From the sequence record SRR22947725_4056: a stretch of 64,000 nucleotides of DNA. One strand, 5' to 3'. Position numbers and translations under genes: made by a program. The first letter of the stretch is position 1. Every line of letters begins with the position of its first letter. The notes beneath the pieces are model-generated. The model had not been told where the DNA came from and did no database searches. It worked only from the letters and a program-made list of their open reading frames with translations. This document shows positions 1 to 10,094 of this stretch, one piece after another.

Positions 1-490
1 TCTTGATCGCGGGGTGACCAACGGGGATGTTTCTGGCCTCCTTGCGCTCTGCTCGTTGTCCAAACAATCAAATCTTGCCGGTTATCGAGCTGGTTTAGTT
101 GCGGGGGATCCCGCCCTATTAAGCTCTCTTCTTCTGGCCCGAAAACACCTGGGCCTCATCATGCCGACACCCATTCAAGGTGCGGTCGCTGCAACGCTGG
201 CAGAAGATCGGCATGTCCAGGAACAACGCGGGCGCTATCGGGCCCGCCGGGAACTCATTTTTCCAGCCCTTCGGGCTGCGGGCTTCCGCATCGATCACTC
301 GGAAGCGGGCCTCTATGCGTGGGCGTCCAGGGATGAAGAGTGCTGGAGGAGTGTGGGCTGGTGCAGTGAGCGGGGAATTCTTGTGGCACCGGGCTCTTAT
401 TATGGGCAAGCAGGCCAGCATCACATCAGAGTCGCCCTCACGGCAACGGATGCGGCGTGCGAAGCAGCCGCATCGCGCCTTCGGGCCTAG
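1..490 (+). CDS. dapC: Succinyldiaminopimelate transaminase (class I/II PLP aminotransferase), 5'-truncated by window edge
   Basis: PLP-lysine motif SLSKQSNLAGYRAG and C-terminal HIRVALTA. Frame is open to the window start. Lies next to dapD/dapE. Confidence 0.85.
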   Translation, partial: LDRGVTNGDVSGLLALCSLSKQSNLAGYRAGLVAGDPALLSSLLLARKHLGLIMPTPIQGAVAATLAEDRHVQEQRGRYRARRELIFPALRAAGFRIDHSEAGLYAWASRDEECWRSVGWCSERGILVAPGSYYGQAGQHHIRVALTATDAACEAAASRLRA

Positions 491-598
491 CATTTGTCGC
501 CTGGAGCTAAGGCCTAGCCGCCTTTGTTAGCGAGCTCAGCCAGTGGAGCTCACGTCGTCTAGGCTGTAGAGGATGATGGGGCGAGGGACAGGTTTTTA

Positions 599-1882
599 AT
601 GGCTGATTCAGACAAAGTCTCTCTGCAGTTTCCTGGTGGAAACGCAGAGTTTCCTGTTGTGCCCTCCGTGGAGGGCCCTTCCGGTATTGATTTTTCCACG
701 TTGACCAAACAAACCGGGTACACCGCCTTGGATCATGGGTTTGTCAATACCGCCGCAACAACCAGCACCATCACCTACATCGATGGCGACGAAGGTATCC
801 TCCGCTATCGCGGGTATGCCATTGAAGACGTCGCCAAAAACTCCACCTTCCTGGAGGTTGCGTGGCTGTTGATTCGTGGTGAATTACCCAGCGCTGCGGA
901 ACTGGACGAATTCGACGATGAGATTCGTCACCACACGCTGTTGCACGAAGATTTGAAACGGCTTTTTGACGCTCTTCCCCACAGCGCCCACCCCATGTCG
1001 GTGTTGTCATCTGCTGTCAGTGCAATGTCGACCTACTACGGCGACTCCTTGAGTGTTCACGACCCACAGCAGATTGAACTTTCCACCATTCGACTGTTGG
1101 CAAAACTTCCTGTCATCGCTGCCTACGCTCACAAGAAGAGCGTGGGTCAAGCATTTCTCTACCCCGATAATTCCCGCGGGTTTGTCGAAAACTTCTTGTG
1201 GTTGAACTTTGGCCTGATGGCAGAGCCCTATGTGTCAAACCCCGTGCTTGTGAAAGCTTTGGATCGGCTCCTGATCTTGCATGAAGATCACGAACAGAAT
1301 GCTTCCACTTCCACCGTCCGGATGGTCGGCTCGACCGAAGCAAACTTGTTTGCCTCCGTTTCCGCCGGTATCAATGCTTTGTCGGGACCGCTTCATGGCG
1401 GCGCCAATGAAGCGGTGTTGTCGATGCTCGCTGAGATTCGCGACTCCGGTGAAGGGGTGGAGCGTTTCGTCGAGAGGGTGAAGCGTAAAGAAGATGGCGT
1501 TCGGTTAATGGGCTTTGGTCACCGGATCTATAAGAACTATGACCCCAGGGCGCGTCTTGTCAAAGAAAGCGCCGACGAAGTGCTCGCTCAACTGGGAATC
1601 CATGATGAGCTGTTGGGGATAGCCAAGGAGCTGGAAGAAATAGCCCTCGCCGATGACTATTTCATCGAGCGCAAGCTCTATCCCAACGTTGACTTCTATA
1701 CCGGGGTTATTTATAAGGCCATGGGGTTCCCCACCCGGATGTTTACGGTCTTGTTTGCGATGGGTCGTCTCCCCGGCTGGATCGCGCACTGGCGCGAAAT
1801 GAATGCTGACCCCTCAACGAAGATTGGCCGCCCTCAGCAGTTATATGTGGGACCTGCAGCTCGGGAATGGCCACAGCGCTAA
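599..1882 (+). CDS. gltA: Citrate synthase (type II)
   Basis: Motifs GILRYRGY, DHEQNAST, GPLHGGANE, GFGHRIYKNYDPR, YPNVDFY. Confidence 0.97.
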   Translation: MADSDKVSLQFPGGNAEFPVVPSVEGPSGIDFSTLTKQTGYTALDHGFVNTAATTSTITYIDGDEGILRYRGYAIEDVAKNSTFLEVAWLLIRGELPSAAELDEFDDEIRHHTLLHEDLKRLFDALPHSAHPMSVLSSAVSAMSTYYGDSLSVHDPQQIELSTIRLLAKLPVIAAYAHKKSVGQAFLYPDNSRGFVENFLWLNFGLMAEPYVSNPVLVKALDRLLILHEDHEQNASTSTVRMVGSTEANLFASVSAGINALSGPLHGGANEAVLSMLAEIRDSGEGVERFVERVKRKEDGVRLMGFGHRIYKNYDPRARLVKESADEVLAQLGIHDELLGIAKELEEIALADDYFIERKLYPNVDFYTGVIYKAMGFPTRMFTVLFAMGRLPGWIAHWREMNADPSTKIGRPQQLYVGPAAREWPQR

Positions 1883-1933
1883 CGTTCTCATTCCCCAGCA
1901 CGCAGATCGAGCTGACCGGGGAAAACCGGAAAC

Positions 1934-2878
1934 TCAGTGCAGGTCGGGGTTCAGGGCAATGGTCTTGCCCGTTCGTGACAATACTTCGACGGCACCGTTT
2001 GTTGAGTTGCGTCTAAAAAGCAGGTCAGCGAACCCACTGAAATTACGGGCTTTGTGTTCGGAAACAGAGTCACCTTCGGTGACTAGCACCTTTGTGCCCG
2101 CGGTGACGTAGAGACCGGCTTCAACAACGCAGTCATCACCGAGTGAGATGCCGATACCTGAGTTAGCACCCAGGAGGCACCGTTTGCCCAGGGAAATAAC
2201 CTCTTGGCCACCACCGGAGAGGGTTCCCATAATGGACGCTCCACCTCCTATGTCTGTGCCTTCTCCCACGACCACACCCTGGGAGATGCGGCCCTCCACC
2301 ATGGAAGCCCCGAGTGTTCCCGCATTAAAATTCACAAATCCCTCATGCATGACCGTCGTGCCAGGGGCTAAGTGTGCACCGAGGCGAACACGCCCGGCAT
2401 CAGCGATTCTGACACCAGGGGGGGTGACGTAGTTCAGCAGGGGCCCAAACTTGTCAAGACTGGTGAGTGTTGCACCCTGGCTTTGCAGGGTGAGACGGTG
2501 GGTCGTGAAGTACGCGGGCTCAACAGGTCCCCTGGTGGTGAAGGCAACAATCGGCAAGAGGGGGAAGATCCCCTCGAGATTGAGGGTGTTGGGTTGTGCG
2601 AGGGTGTGGCTGAGCAGATGCAGGCGCAAATACGCGTCAGTGGTGGATCGGGGCGGAGTATCAAGATCGATCGCCAGCGCTACTCCCTGAAGGTTCACAT
2701 CACGAAGGGCGTCCTCGCCTTCGAGGGCGCTGATGTGAGCGGGAAGAAGATGGGAGTCAAAGTTGTGAGGCGGGGCGCCCACTTCGGGGTTGGGGAACCA
2801 GGTGTCGAGAACGACTCCCGTCGTTTTCGACACTGTTGCAATGCCATATCCCCATGCGCTTCGTGAGTCATCCACCAT
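1934..2878 (-). CDS. dapD: Tetrahydrodipicolinate N-succinyltransferase (actinobacterial type)
   Basis: [37 protein letters not shown], hexapeptide repeats, LLFRRNS. Confidence 0.95.
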   Translation of the reverse strand: MVDDSRSAWGYGIATVSKTTGVVLDTWFPNPEVGAPPHNFDSHLLPAHISALEGEDALRDVNLQGVALAIDLDTPPRSTTDAYLRLHLLSHTLAQPNTLNLEGIFPLLPIVAFTTRGPVEPAYFTTHRLTLQSQGATLTSLDKFGPLLNYVTPPGVRIADAGRVRLGAHLAPGTTVMHEGFVNFNAGTLGASMVEGRISQGVVVGEGTDIGGGASIMGTLSGGGQEVISLGKRCLLGANSGIGISLGDDCVVEAGLYVTAGTKVLVTEGDSVSEHKARNFSGFADLLFRRNSTNGAVEVLSRTGKTIALNPDLH

Positions 2879-2884
2879 AGTTCA

Positions 2885-2914
2885 AGCTTAATGGCGCCAA
2901 CCGCCCGTTACACT
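2885..2914. promoter_or_regulatory. Back-to-back -10 elements for leaderless dapD (TAAGCT, minus strand) and dapE (TACACT, plus strand)
   Basis: Each TANNNT hexamer lies exactly 6 nt before an ATG (2878 and 2921). No SD upstream of either gene. Confidence 0.65.
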
Positions 2915-2920
2915 GACGCC

Positions 2921-3994
2921 ATGGTGGGCGAGAGCATTGTGGTGGACACAGCAGCGCCGATTGAGGTTCTGGTTCAACAACTTCTCGATATTCCAAGCCC
3001 CTCCGGATCTGAATCCGCATTAGCCGAAGCAATCGAAAAAGCTCTGAACTCAGCCCCCCACCTGGAAGTACTTCGGGTGGGAAACACGATTGCTGCGCGA
3101 ACCAATACCGGTCGCGAATACCGAGTGGTGTGGGCGGGACACACGGACACTGTCCCCGTGCATCACAACCTGCCCTCCCAGGTTCGGGAGGGCTTTTTGT
3201 GGGGACGCGGCAGCGTTGATATGAAGGGTGGCCTTGGCATAGGGCTCAAGTTGGCATTGGAGCTTGCGGAACCTATCCATGACATGACGTGGATTTTCTA
3301 TGACAACGAAGAAGTCGAAGCGTCTAAGAATGGGCTGGGGTTGTTTGGCACCGCCCACCCGGAGTGGGTATCTGGCGACTTTGCGATTGTGGGAGAGCCG
3401 AGCAACAGTGCTGTGGAGGGCGGATGCAACGGGACTCTTCGCGTGGTGATCACCACCCGGGGCACCCAAGCACATTCGGCCCGGTCGTGGATGGGCGTGA
3501 ACGCCATCCATACTGCTGCCGAGGTGCTATCCCGGCTGGAGCGATACGAGGCTCAAACGGTCATGGTGGACGGTCTTGAGTACCGCGAAGGCTTAAACGC
3601 CGTGGGGATTTCTGGTGGGGTGGCGGGAAACGTGATTCCCGATGTGTGTGAGATTACGGTGAATTATCGTTTCGCCCCTGATAAGTCAGTAGCGCAAGCG
3701 CAAGCGCACGTCGAGGAGGTATTTGAGGGCTTTAACCTGGTGGTGGTTGACTCGTCTGCTGGAGCGAGGCCTGGACTAACCAGTGATTTGGCACGGGGTT
3801 TTGTGGCCACGCTGGGTGTAGAAGTGAGACCCAAATATGGTTGGACGGATGTTGCCAGATTCAGCGAATGGGGTATCCCCGCTGTCAACTTTGGCCCAGG
3901 GGACCCATCGCTTGCCCATTCGGACGACGAACAAGTGTCGATTGGCGATATTCAAGCCGTCTACCGTGCGCTAAAACTCTGGCTAAGCCCATAG
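2921..3994 (+). CDS. dapE: Succinyl-diaminopimelate desuccinylase (M20 family)
   Basis: AGHTDTVP, GRGSVDMKGG, EEVE, HSARSW, GWTDVARF. Start placed at ATG 2921 because of the upstream TACACT. Confidence 0.93.
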   Translation: MVGESIVVDTAAPIEVLVQQLLDIPSPSGSESALAEAIEKALNSAPHLEVLRVGNTIAARTNTGREYRVVWAGHTDTVPVHHNLPSQVREGFLWGRGSVDMKGGLGIGLKLALELAEPIHDMTWIFYDNEEVEASKNGLGLFGTAHPEWVSGDFAIVGEPSNSAVEGGCNGTLRVVITTRGTQAHSARSWMGVNAIHTAAEVLSRLERYEAQTVMVDGLEYREGLNAVGISGGVAGNVIPDVCEITVNYRFAPDKSVAQAQAHVEEVFEGFNLVVVDSSAGARPGLTSDLARGFVATLGVEVRPKYGWTDVARFSEWGIPAVNFGPGDPSLAHSDDEQVSIGDIQAVYRALKLWLSP

Positions 3995-4073
3995 GCAGCG
4001 CCTGTGTCCCCGTGACGGCCGAATCTAGGGGATAATGGAGGGACGAAACGCACTACACGAGGAGAAACCTGCC

Positions 4074-4244
4074 ATGGCAGCAATGAAGCCCAGAACCGGT
4101 GATGGACCCATGGAGGCGCTCAAAGAGGGGCGTTTGATTATTGTCAAGGTCCCACTTGAGGGTGGCGGCCGCTTGGTTGTCTCTGTCACTCCTGCCGAAG
4201 CACAAGAATTACACGATGCGCTCGCGGGCGCACTCGGACAGTAG
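4074..4244 (+). CDS. DUF3117-family small conserved actinobacterial protein
   Basis: MAAMKPRTGDGPME...VPLEGGGRLVV signature. AGGAG lies upstream. Confidence 0.88.
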   Translation: MAAMKPRTGDGPMEALKEGRLIIVKVPLEGGGRLVVSVTPAEAQELHDALAGALGQ

Positions 4245-4257
4245 GTCTGAAAAGCCC

Positions 4258-4887
4258 CTAGGGCGCTCGGACGATGTGAACAAGCCCATCGCCGACCATG
4301 TTGAGGGTGTGGGAGACATTCTCACGGTCCTCAAGGGCTTTGAGTAACCACCGGTAGGCGGACGTTCTGTCGTCGCGTTTGGCGGGGTCTGAGACCAAGT
4401 CATCAGCGAGGGCCCCAGCAACAATGACGCTGCCGCGGGGTTTCACCAGGGTGAGCGCATGGTCGACATAAGCCTGAACATTAGTGAAGTCAGCGTCGAT
4501 GATGGCAAGGTCGTAGCTGCTTTCATTCATTTTGGGCAATACATCGAGGGCTTTTTCCGTGATCAGACGGACCTTGGAAGGCGCAATACCAGCTTGGGAG
4601 ATTAGTTCCCGCACGGTGACGTGGTGGTCAAGCTCTGAGTCAATTGTGGTGATGTTCGCATCGGGACACGCTTGGGCAAGCCACAGCGTTCCCACGCCTA
4701 AACCAGTTCCCACTTCAATAATGCTTCGGGCATCGATAGCGGTGGCGATCGTGGCAATGTATTGCCCAGCGCTGGCGGTAATGGGATCAATTCCGTGTTC
4801 CAGGGAAGCGCGACGGGCACGTTCAACGGCGGGGGATTCGACCACCCGCTCTTCGAGAAAGCGCCAACTCAGTTCTTTGTCTGACAT
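4258..4887 (-). CDS. O-methyltransferase (class I SAM-dependent)
   Basis: SAM motif IEVGTGLGVG, TTID, YDLAIIDAD. Usual position next to DUF3117. Confidence 0.88.
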   Translation of the reverse strand: MSDKELSWRFLEERVVESPAVERARRASLEHGIDPITASAGQYIATIATAIDARSIIEVGTGLGVGTLWLAQACPDANITTIDSELDHHVTVRELISQAGIAPSKVRLITEKALDVLPKMNESSYDLAIIDADFTNVQAYVDHALTLVKPRGSVIVAGALADDLVSDPAKRDDRTSAYRWLLKALEDRENVSHTLNMVGDGLVHIVRAP

Positions 4888-4972
4888 TCCTTACCCCTGT
4901 TTGTGTGCTCGTGTGTAGCCTAGGGCGCCACCCCGCGGGTGGGCTTTATTCCCGGGGAGTGTCTGGCTGTCC

Positions 4973-6073
4973 CTAGACCAGAGAAACGGGGAGTTTTTTC
5001 CCCACCTTGCTGGGGCCGGATCGAACAATCTTCTGAGCGATCTCTCGAAGATGTTCAGACACAGCGTTGTCAGGGTCAACGATCACTAAGGGTGTTCCTT
5101 CGTCACCGGCTTCCCGAAGATTGGGGGAGAGTGGAAGGGACCCCAACAGGGGAACCTGCAGCCGGTCGGCTACTGCTTGCCCCCCTCCGGAGCCAAACAC
5201 GTCGAGTCTTGTTCCATCAGCCAGGGTGACACCGGACATGTTTTCGATAACCCCTACGACGCGTTGCCCGGTTTGCCGGGCAACGTCTCCCGACCGCCAC
5301 GCAACATCAGAGGCCGAAGGTTGGGGTGTGGTGACCACAAGGATTTCGGCATGAGGCAAGAGTTGTCCCACAGAAATGGCGATGTCTCCGGTTCCCGGGG
5401 GCAAATCGAGAAAGAGGAAGTCAAGGTCGCCAAAGTAGGAGTCGGTGAGAAATTGCTCCAGGGTGCGATGGAGTAGTGGTCCCCGCCATGCCACAGCTTG
5501 ATCGCAGCCGAGGAACATTCCAATAGAGAGCACTTTGATGTCGTGGGCCACCGGCGGAAGCATCATGTCATCGATTCGGGTGGGCTGAAGCGAGGGAATG
5601 CCCATAAGCCCGGGAATAGAAAACCCAAACACGTCTGCGTCAATAATTCCCACGCGGAAACCCTGCTGGGACACCGCTGCCGCAAGATTGACGGTCACAC
5701 TGGATTTCCCCACACCGCCTTTGCCGCTGGTGACAGCAATCACTCGGGTCAAGGAATCAGGCGTGAAGGGATTGGTGGGTGCTTTTCCTTTACGCAACCG
5801 CTCGATGAGGTTCTTTCGTTGCTCAGGGGTCATCACGCCGAGAGTTAATTCGAGGTTTCGATTCCCGGCGACACTCTCGAGAGCGCTGCGGGTGTCAGCC
5901 TCGATGGTGTCCGCCGCAGGGCATCCCACAATCGTCAGGCGAATCTCTACCGCCAGGGCAGAATCGGAAATCGAAATATCGCCGACCATGTCGAGCTGAG
6001 TAATGGGGGCCCGCAATTCTGGGTCCAGGACGCCAGAGAGAGCGGAGGTTACGTTCTCGATGGTTAGCGCCAC
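4973..6073 (-). CDS. mrp: Mrp/NBP35 ATP-binding Fe-S carrier protein
   Basis: N-terminal DPEL...GCP domain, SGKGGVGKS, WRGP, DLPPGTGD, ENMS. Confidence 0.95.
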   Translation of the reverse strand: MALTIENVTSALSGVLDPELRAPITQLDMVGDISISDSALAVEIRLTIVGCPAADTIEADTRSALESVAGNRNLELTLGVMTPEQRKNLIERLRKGKAPTNPFTPDSLTRVIAVTSGKGGVGKSSVTVNLAAAVSQQGFRVGIIDADVFGFSIPGLMGIPSLQPTRIDDMMLPPVAHDIKVLSIGMFLGCDQAVAWRGPLLHRTLEQFLTDSYFGDLDFLFLDLPPGTGDIAISVGQLLPHAEILVVTTPQPSASDVAWRSGDVARQTGQRVVGVIENMSGVTLADGTRLDVFGSGGGQAVADRLQVPLLGSLPLSPNLREAGDEGTPLVIVDPDNAVSEHLREIAQKIVRSGPSKVGKKLPVSLV

Positions 6074-6134
6074 GCGTCAGTCCTTATCGGTTGTGGTGCC
6101 AAGCCTAAGTCAGTGGTGGTGTGAGAATAGTGGA

Positions 6135-6641
6135 GTGAGTAACGAGCGACGCTTCCCTTCCCGTGCGCGGGGGCTTTCTGTGGAAATCCCTTCGGGCGAA
6201 ACCCTCGAGAGTTTTGATAGCTATCCCCCCGCCAGGGAGATGATTCACACCCTGATTGCTCACGGTGTGAAAGCCGGAGCTCTCTCCATCGTGGGGTCTG
6301 ATGTCACGGTCGTAGAGAAAGTCCAGGGAAAAGTTGGCTACGGCCGGGCAGCGCTCTCCGCCGGGATGAGTGGTTCGTGGCTTGGCCTCTTGGTCGGGTT
6401 GGTCTTCGCCGTCTTGAGCCCCACGGATTTTGTGACCCCGGTGGTGGGGGGACTCCTCATCGGGGCAGGAGTGGGAATGGTTGTGGGAATAGTGCTCTTT
6501 AGCTCCTCCCGCTCCCGCCAGCGACGCTACCGCTCGAGTCAGCAGATTATCGCCGCGTCCTATCGCGTGGTGATTGACGCTGGCGAGAGCGCCTCGGCAC
6601 GCACGGCTCTCAAAGAGCACGCGGAGCACGGCGGGGACTGA
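6135..6641 (+). CDS. General stress protein 17M-like membrane protein
   Basis: GETLESFDSY...LSIVGSD...GSWLGL plus two hydrophobic helices. GTG 6135 chosen as start. Stop overlaps the mgtE start (TGATG). Confidence 0.7.
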   Translation: MSNERRFPSRARGLSVEIPSGETLESFDSYPPAREMIHTLIAHGVKAGALSIVGSDVTVVEKVQGKVGYGRAALSAGMSGSWLGLLVGLVFAVLSPTDFVTPVVGGLLIGAGVGMVVGIVLFSSSRSRQRRYRSSQQIIAASYRVVIDAGESASARTALKEHAEHGGD

Positions 6642-7981
6642 TGGACGACTTCGCCGACATCGAGCTCAAGGACGCTCTGGTACGAGGCCAGGTAAGTGAA
6701 ATTGCTTCCTGGCTGGAGGTGCGCGCCCCACACGATATTGCCGAAGAATTCACCAGGCTCGATGCTGTTCAGTCCGCTCTGGTGTGGCGACTACTGGGAC
6801 GTGATAGGGCGCTCGAGGTTTTTGAAGAGCTTGATTCCACCGAACAGCAAGAGCTTCTCAGCGGGATGCGAGACCAAGCTTTTCGGGAAATCCTGGAATC
6901 CATGGACCCCGATGACCGAGCAAGGATGCTGGGGGAAGCCCCCGCCATCTTCGTTCATCGTGTGTTGCAGGGTCTGAGCGCCAAAGAACGCGCGATGACC
7001 GCGTCTCTCCTGGGCTACCCCGAAGGGTCGGTGGGCCGGGTGATGAGCCCCGAGGTAGTCACGGTTCCCGAAGCCACCCCCGTGAACGACATCTTGCAGG
7101 TAGTGCGTCGAAAAGGACAGGACGCCGAAACGATCGACATTTTGGCGGTCGTTGATGGGGCAAGAAAAATGGTCGGCCTGGTGGGATTGAGTCAGGTGGT
7201 GATGGCCTCCGCAGATCTCACTGCCGGAGATCTCGCTGACCGCGCCGCGCCGAGCATTGCCGTGACGGACAACGCAGAAAAAGCCGCCCGTTTGGTTCAG
7301 GAAACAAACCGCTTGGGGTTGTTGGTCGTGGACTCCGAGGACCGTGTGTTGGGCGTGCTCACCGTGGACGACGCGCTCGAAGTCATTGAGGAAGCAGACA
7401 CCGAAGATGTTGCCCGTCAGGCAGCGACGCTGCCTTCGTCTGGTCACTACCTATCGGCAAGCCCTATTCGGCTGGCAGGGCTTCGGGTGGTGTGGTTGTT
7501 GATTCTGATTGTCGCCTCAACCCTGACGGTCTCCGTGTTGCAGGTGTTTGAGTCCTCGCTTGTGGCCGTCACCGCCTTGGCTCTCTTCATTCCCCTCTTG
7601 GTGGGAACCGGCGGAAACGTGGGAGCGCAAGCAGCCACCAGCGCGGTAAGGGCCTTAGCGGTCGGTGAAGTTCGCCCCTCCGATGCCCTACGGGTTTCGT
7701 GGCGAGAATCCCGCGTGGGGCTGTTGCTGGGTCTTGTGCTTGGTTCCTTGGCTTTTGTTGCGGGCTGGCTCGTGGCGGGAATCGGGGTCGGGATTACCGT
7801 GGGTGTTTCTGTGGTGTTGGTGTGTATTTGGGCTGCCACAGTGGGCGCTGTCATGCCGCTCATGGCCAGGGCCTTGAACATTGACCCAGCAGTTATCTCT
7901 GCGCCCCTGGTGACGACTCTGGTGGATGCCACCGGCCTGCTGATTTACTTTGGTGTTGCCGGCCTCGTGCTCAGCCTCTAA
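6641..7981 (+). CDS. mgtE: Magnesium transporter MgtE
   Basis: Acidic N-domain, CBS pair, TM motifs FIPLLVGTGGNVGAQ and DPAVISAPLVTTLVDATG. Confidence 0.95.
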   Translation: MDDFADIELKDALVRGQVSEIASWLEVRAPHDIAEEFTRLDAVQSALVWRLLGRDRALEVFEELDSTEQQELLSGMRDQAFREILESMDPDDRARMLGEAPAIFVHRVLQGLSAKERAMTASLLGYPEGSVGRVMSPEVVTVPEATPVNDILQVVRRKGQDAETIDILAVVDGARKMVGLVGLSQVVMASADLTAGDLADRAAPSIAVTDNAEKAARLVQETNRLGLLVVDSEDRVLGVLTVDDALEVIEEADTEDVARQAATLPSSGHYLSASPIRLAGLRVVWLLILIVASTLTVSVLQVFESSLVAVTALALFIPLLVGTGGNVGAQAATSAVRALAVGEVRPSDALRVSWRESRVGLLLGLVLGSLAFVAGWLVAGIGVGITVGVSVVLVCIWAATVGAVMPLMARALNIDPAVISAPLVTTLVDATGLLIYFGVAGLVLSL

Positions 7982-8228
7982 CTGGGGATAACTCCGGCGC
8001 GAAATTTCCTCTCCAGGGCAGACAGCGCGGGACTGGAGTCCTTAGTGCTAGAAGCTGCCCACACACCAGATGGTCGCCACACCGAGGTCCGATTGTCCTC
8101 GATGTGGGCTCCACCGGTGGTCTCGGATTTCTTTCCGGCCTCCCTCAGAATTAGCGCCACCGCTCGGTCGCAAGTCTTCATCCATTGAGTTCGGTAAGCG
8201 TGGAGGTTTGTCTGGCACTATCACTCTC

Positions 8229-8930
8229 ATGACACTTAGTGGAACTTCGATTTTGATTGTTGGATCAACCGGCGGGCTGGGCCGCGAGTTTGCGCAGCAA
8301 CTGAGCGCTCGGGGGGCGAAATTGACCCTAGCGTCAACCAGCGCGCCCAAACTCGGCTCTTTGGGCATTGCGGGGGCGAGCGCGATTGGCGATGTTACGA
8401 AGCCAGGCATCCCGGAGCACTATGTGCAGACGGCGCTGGATACCTTTGGGCGATTAGACGGTGTTATTTATGCCGCGGGGGCCGTGGCCTTTGGCCCGAT
8501 CGGGGACTATACCGATGAGGTTCTTGATGCACTCTGGCAGGTCAACACCCGGGGGTGGATGAGCACCCTGAGGGCAGCCACACCCTCCCTCGCTGCCTCC
8601 GCAGCAGAGGGAGGCTCACCGTTTGCGCTGAGCCTCAGTGGAGTGGTGGCCGAGGCTCCCACCGCAGGGATGGCGCCCTATTCTGCCGTGAAGTCAGCCC
8701 TCCATTCCTTTGGTGTGGCAGCTGGCCGAGAACTGCGCAGGCAAGGGATTCGATTAGTGGACGCTCGACCCGGTCACACCGAAACGGAACTCTCACTTCA
8801 TCCCCTGGCCGGTTCTGCTCCGGCCTTTCCGGCGGGCCTAAGCCCTCAGAAAGTGGTGGAGCGGATCATTCAGGGCCTGGAAGCGGGAGAAAAGGATTTG
8901 CCAAGCAGCAGCTTCGCCGGCCTCAGCTAG
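8229..8930 (+). CDS. Short-chain dehydrogenase/reductase
   Basis: Rossmann motif GSTGGLG, catalytic YSAVK, PGHTET. Confidence 0.85.
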   Translation: MTLSGTSILIVGSTGGLGREFAQQLSARGAKLTLASTSAPKLGSLGIAGASAIGDVTKPGIPEHYVQTALDTFGRLDGVIYAAGAVAFGPIGDYTDEVLDALWQVNTRGWMSTLRAATPSLAASAAEGGSPFALSLSGVVAEAPTAGMAPYSAVKSALHSFGVAAGRELRRQGIRLVDARPGHTETELSLHPLAGSAPAFPAGLSPQKVVERIIQGLEAGEKDLPSSSFAGLS

Positions 8931-8942
8931 TCTGAGAGGGAT

Positions 8943-10055
8943 ATGAGTGAGCTTGAAGTCCCCGCGAGAATCGCTGCGCTTCGCGCCACCTTCCACACCA
9001 TCGAAGTCGTTTTAAACCCTGACGCGTTGGCCAAGGAGATAGCCCGCCTGTCCGAACTCGCTTCCGAACCCGATTTGTGGGGGGATACCGAGCGGGCACA
9101 ATCCATCACAAGTGCGTTGAGCCATCGCCAAAGTGAACTTTCTCGCATCGTGGATGTTCGCTCCCGCCTTGACGATCTTGATGTCCTGATCGATATGGCC
9201 AACGAGGAAAACGATGAGGCTTCGGCGGCGGAGGTCAGACAAGAGCTCGATCAGCTCGAAACTCTGCTGGGTGCGATGGAAATCCAAACTCTCTTGGATG
9301 GCGAGTTTGATGCGTCCCCTGCCATCATCACCATTCGTGCGGGTGCTGGCGGTGTTGACGCCGCAGATTTCGCGGAAATGTTGCTTCGGATGTATACGAG
9401 GTGGGCAGAAGCCCACCAGTATTCTGTCGCTGTCCTCGACACCAGCTACGCCGAAGAAGCCGGTATCAAGAGTGCCACGATTGAAATCGATGGCCCCTAC
9501 GCCTTTGGAACCCTTAGCGTCGAGGCAGGAACCCACCGCTTGGTGCGGATGAGTCCCTTCAATTCGGCGGGGAAACGACAAACCTCGTTTGCGGCGGTGG
9601 AAGTGGTTCCGTTGATGGAGGAAGCCACCGAGATCGAGATTCCTGAGTCCGACATGCGTGTTGATGTCTTCCGATCGTCTGGCCCTGGGGGCCAGTCGGT
9701 TAACACCACCGACTCAGCGGTTCGTATTACCCATTTACCGACCGGAACCGTGGTCAGCTGTCAGAACGAAAAAAGCCAGATTCAAAACAGAGCGGCAGCA
9801 CTCCGGGTGCTGAAAAGCCGACTCCTCCTCATTGCCAAAGAAGAGGAAGCGGCAAAGAAGAAAGAAATTGCGGGAAACATCACCGCCAGCTGGGGAGATC
9901 AAATGCGCAGCTATGTGTTGGCCCCGTATCAAATGGTGAAGGACCTCAGATCAGAGCACGAAGTCAACAACCCCAGTGCCGTTTTTGATGGCGATTTAGA
10001 TGGGTTCTTGCAAGCCGGTATCCGCTGGCGCAAGAGTGCCGATCGGGTGTCGTAG
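8943..10055 (+). CDS. prfB: Peptide chain release factor 2
   Basis: SPF anticodon motif and GGQ. Single continuous ORF. Confidence 0.97.
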   Translation: MSELEVPARIAALRATFHTIEVVLNPDALAKEIARLSELASEPDLWGDTERAQSITSALSHRQSELSRIVDVRSRLDDLDVLIDMANEENDEASAAEVRQELDQLETLLGAMEIQTLLDGEFDASPAIITIRAGAGGVDAADFAEMLLRMYTRWAEAHQYSVAVLDTSYAEEAGIKSATIEIDGPYAFGTLSVEAGTHRLVRMSPFNSAGKRQTSFAAVEVVPLMEEATEIEIPESDMRVDVFRSSGPGGQSVNTTDSAVRITHLPTGTVVSCQNEKSQIQNRAAALRVLKSRLLLIAKEEEAAKKKEIAGNITASWGDQMRSYVLAPYQMVKDLRSEHEVNNPSAVFDGDLDGFLQAGIRWRKSADRVS

Positions 10056-10094
10056 AAGGGTTTCTGGAGCCCTGGAATCTAGGCTGAAGTCGCC

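Noticed and set aside
1891-1923. Terminator between convergent gltA and dapD
   Set aside because: TTCCCC/GGGGAA with an interrupted inner stem is plausible but too imperfect to call.
6074-6641. M-box or ykoK riboswitch ahead of mgtE
   Set aside because: mgtE is coupled directly to an upstream CDS, and only about 60 non-coding nt precede that gene.
8943-9060. Programmed +1 frameshift in prfB
   Set aside because: The ORF is continuous with no CTT-TGA shift site, which is normal for actinobacteria.
9667-9760. Repeat shared with 43860-43950 (CAGTCGGTTAACACCAC)
   Set aside because: It is the conserved GGQ region of RF2 and RF1, so ordinary paralogy.
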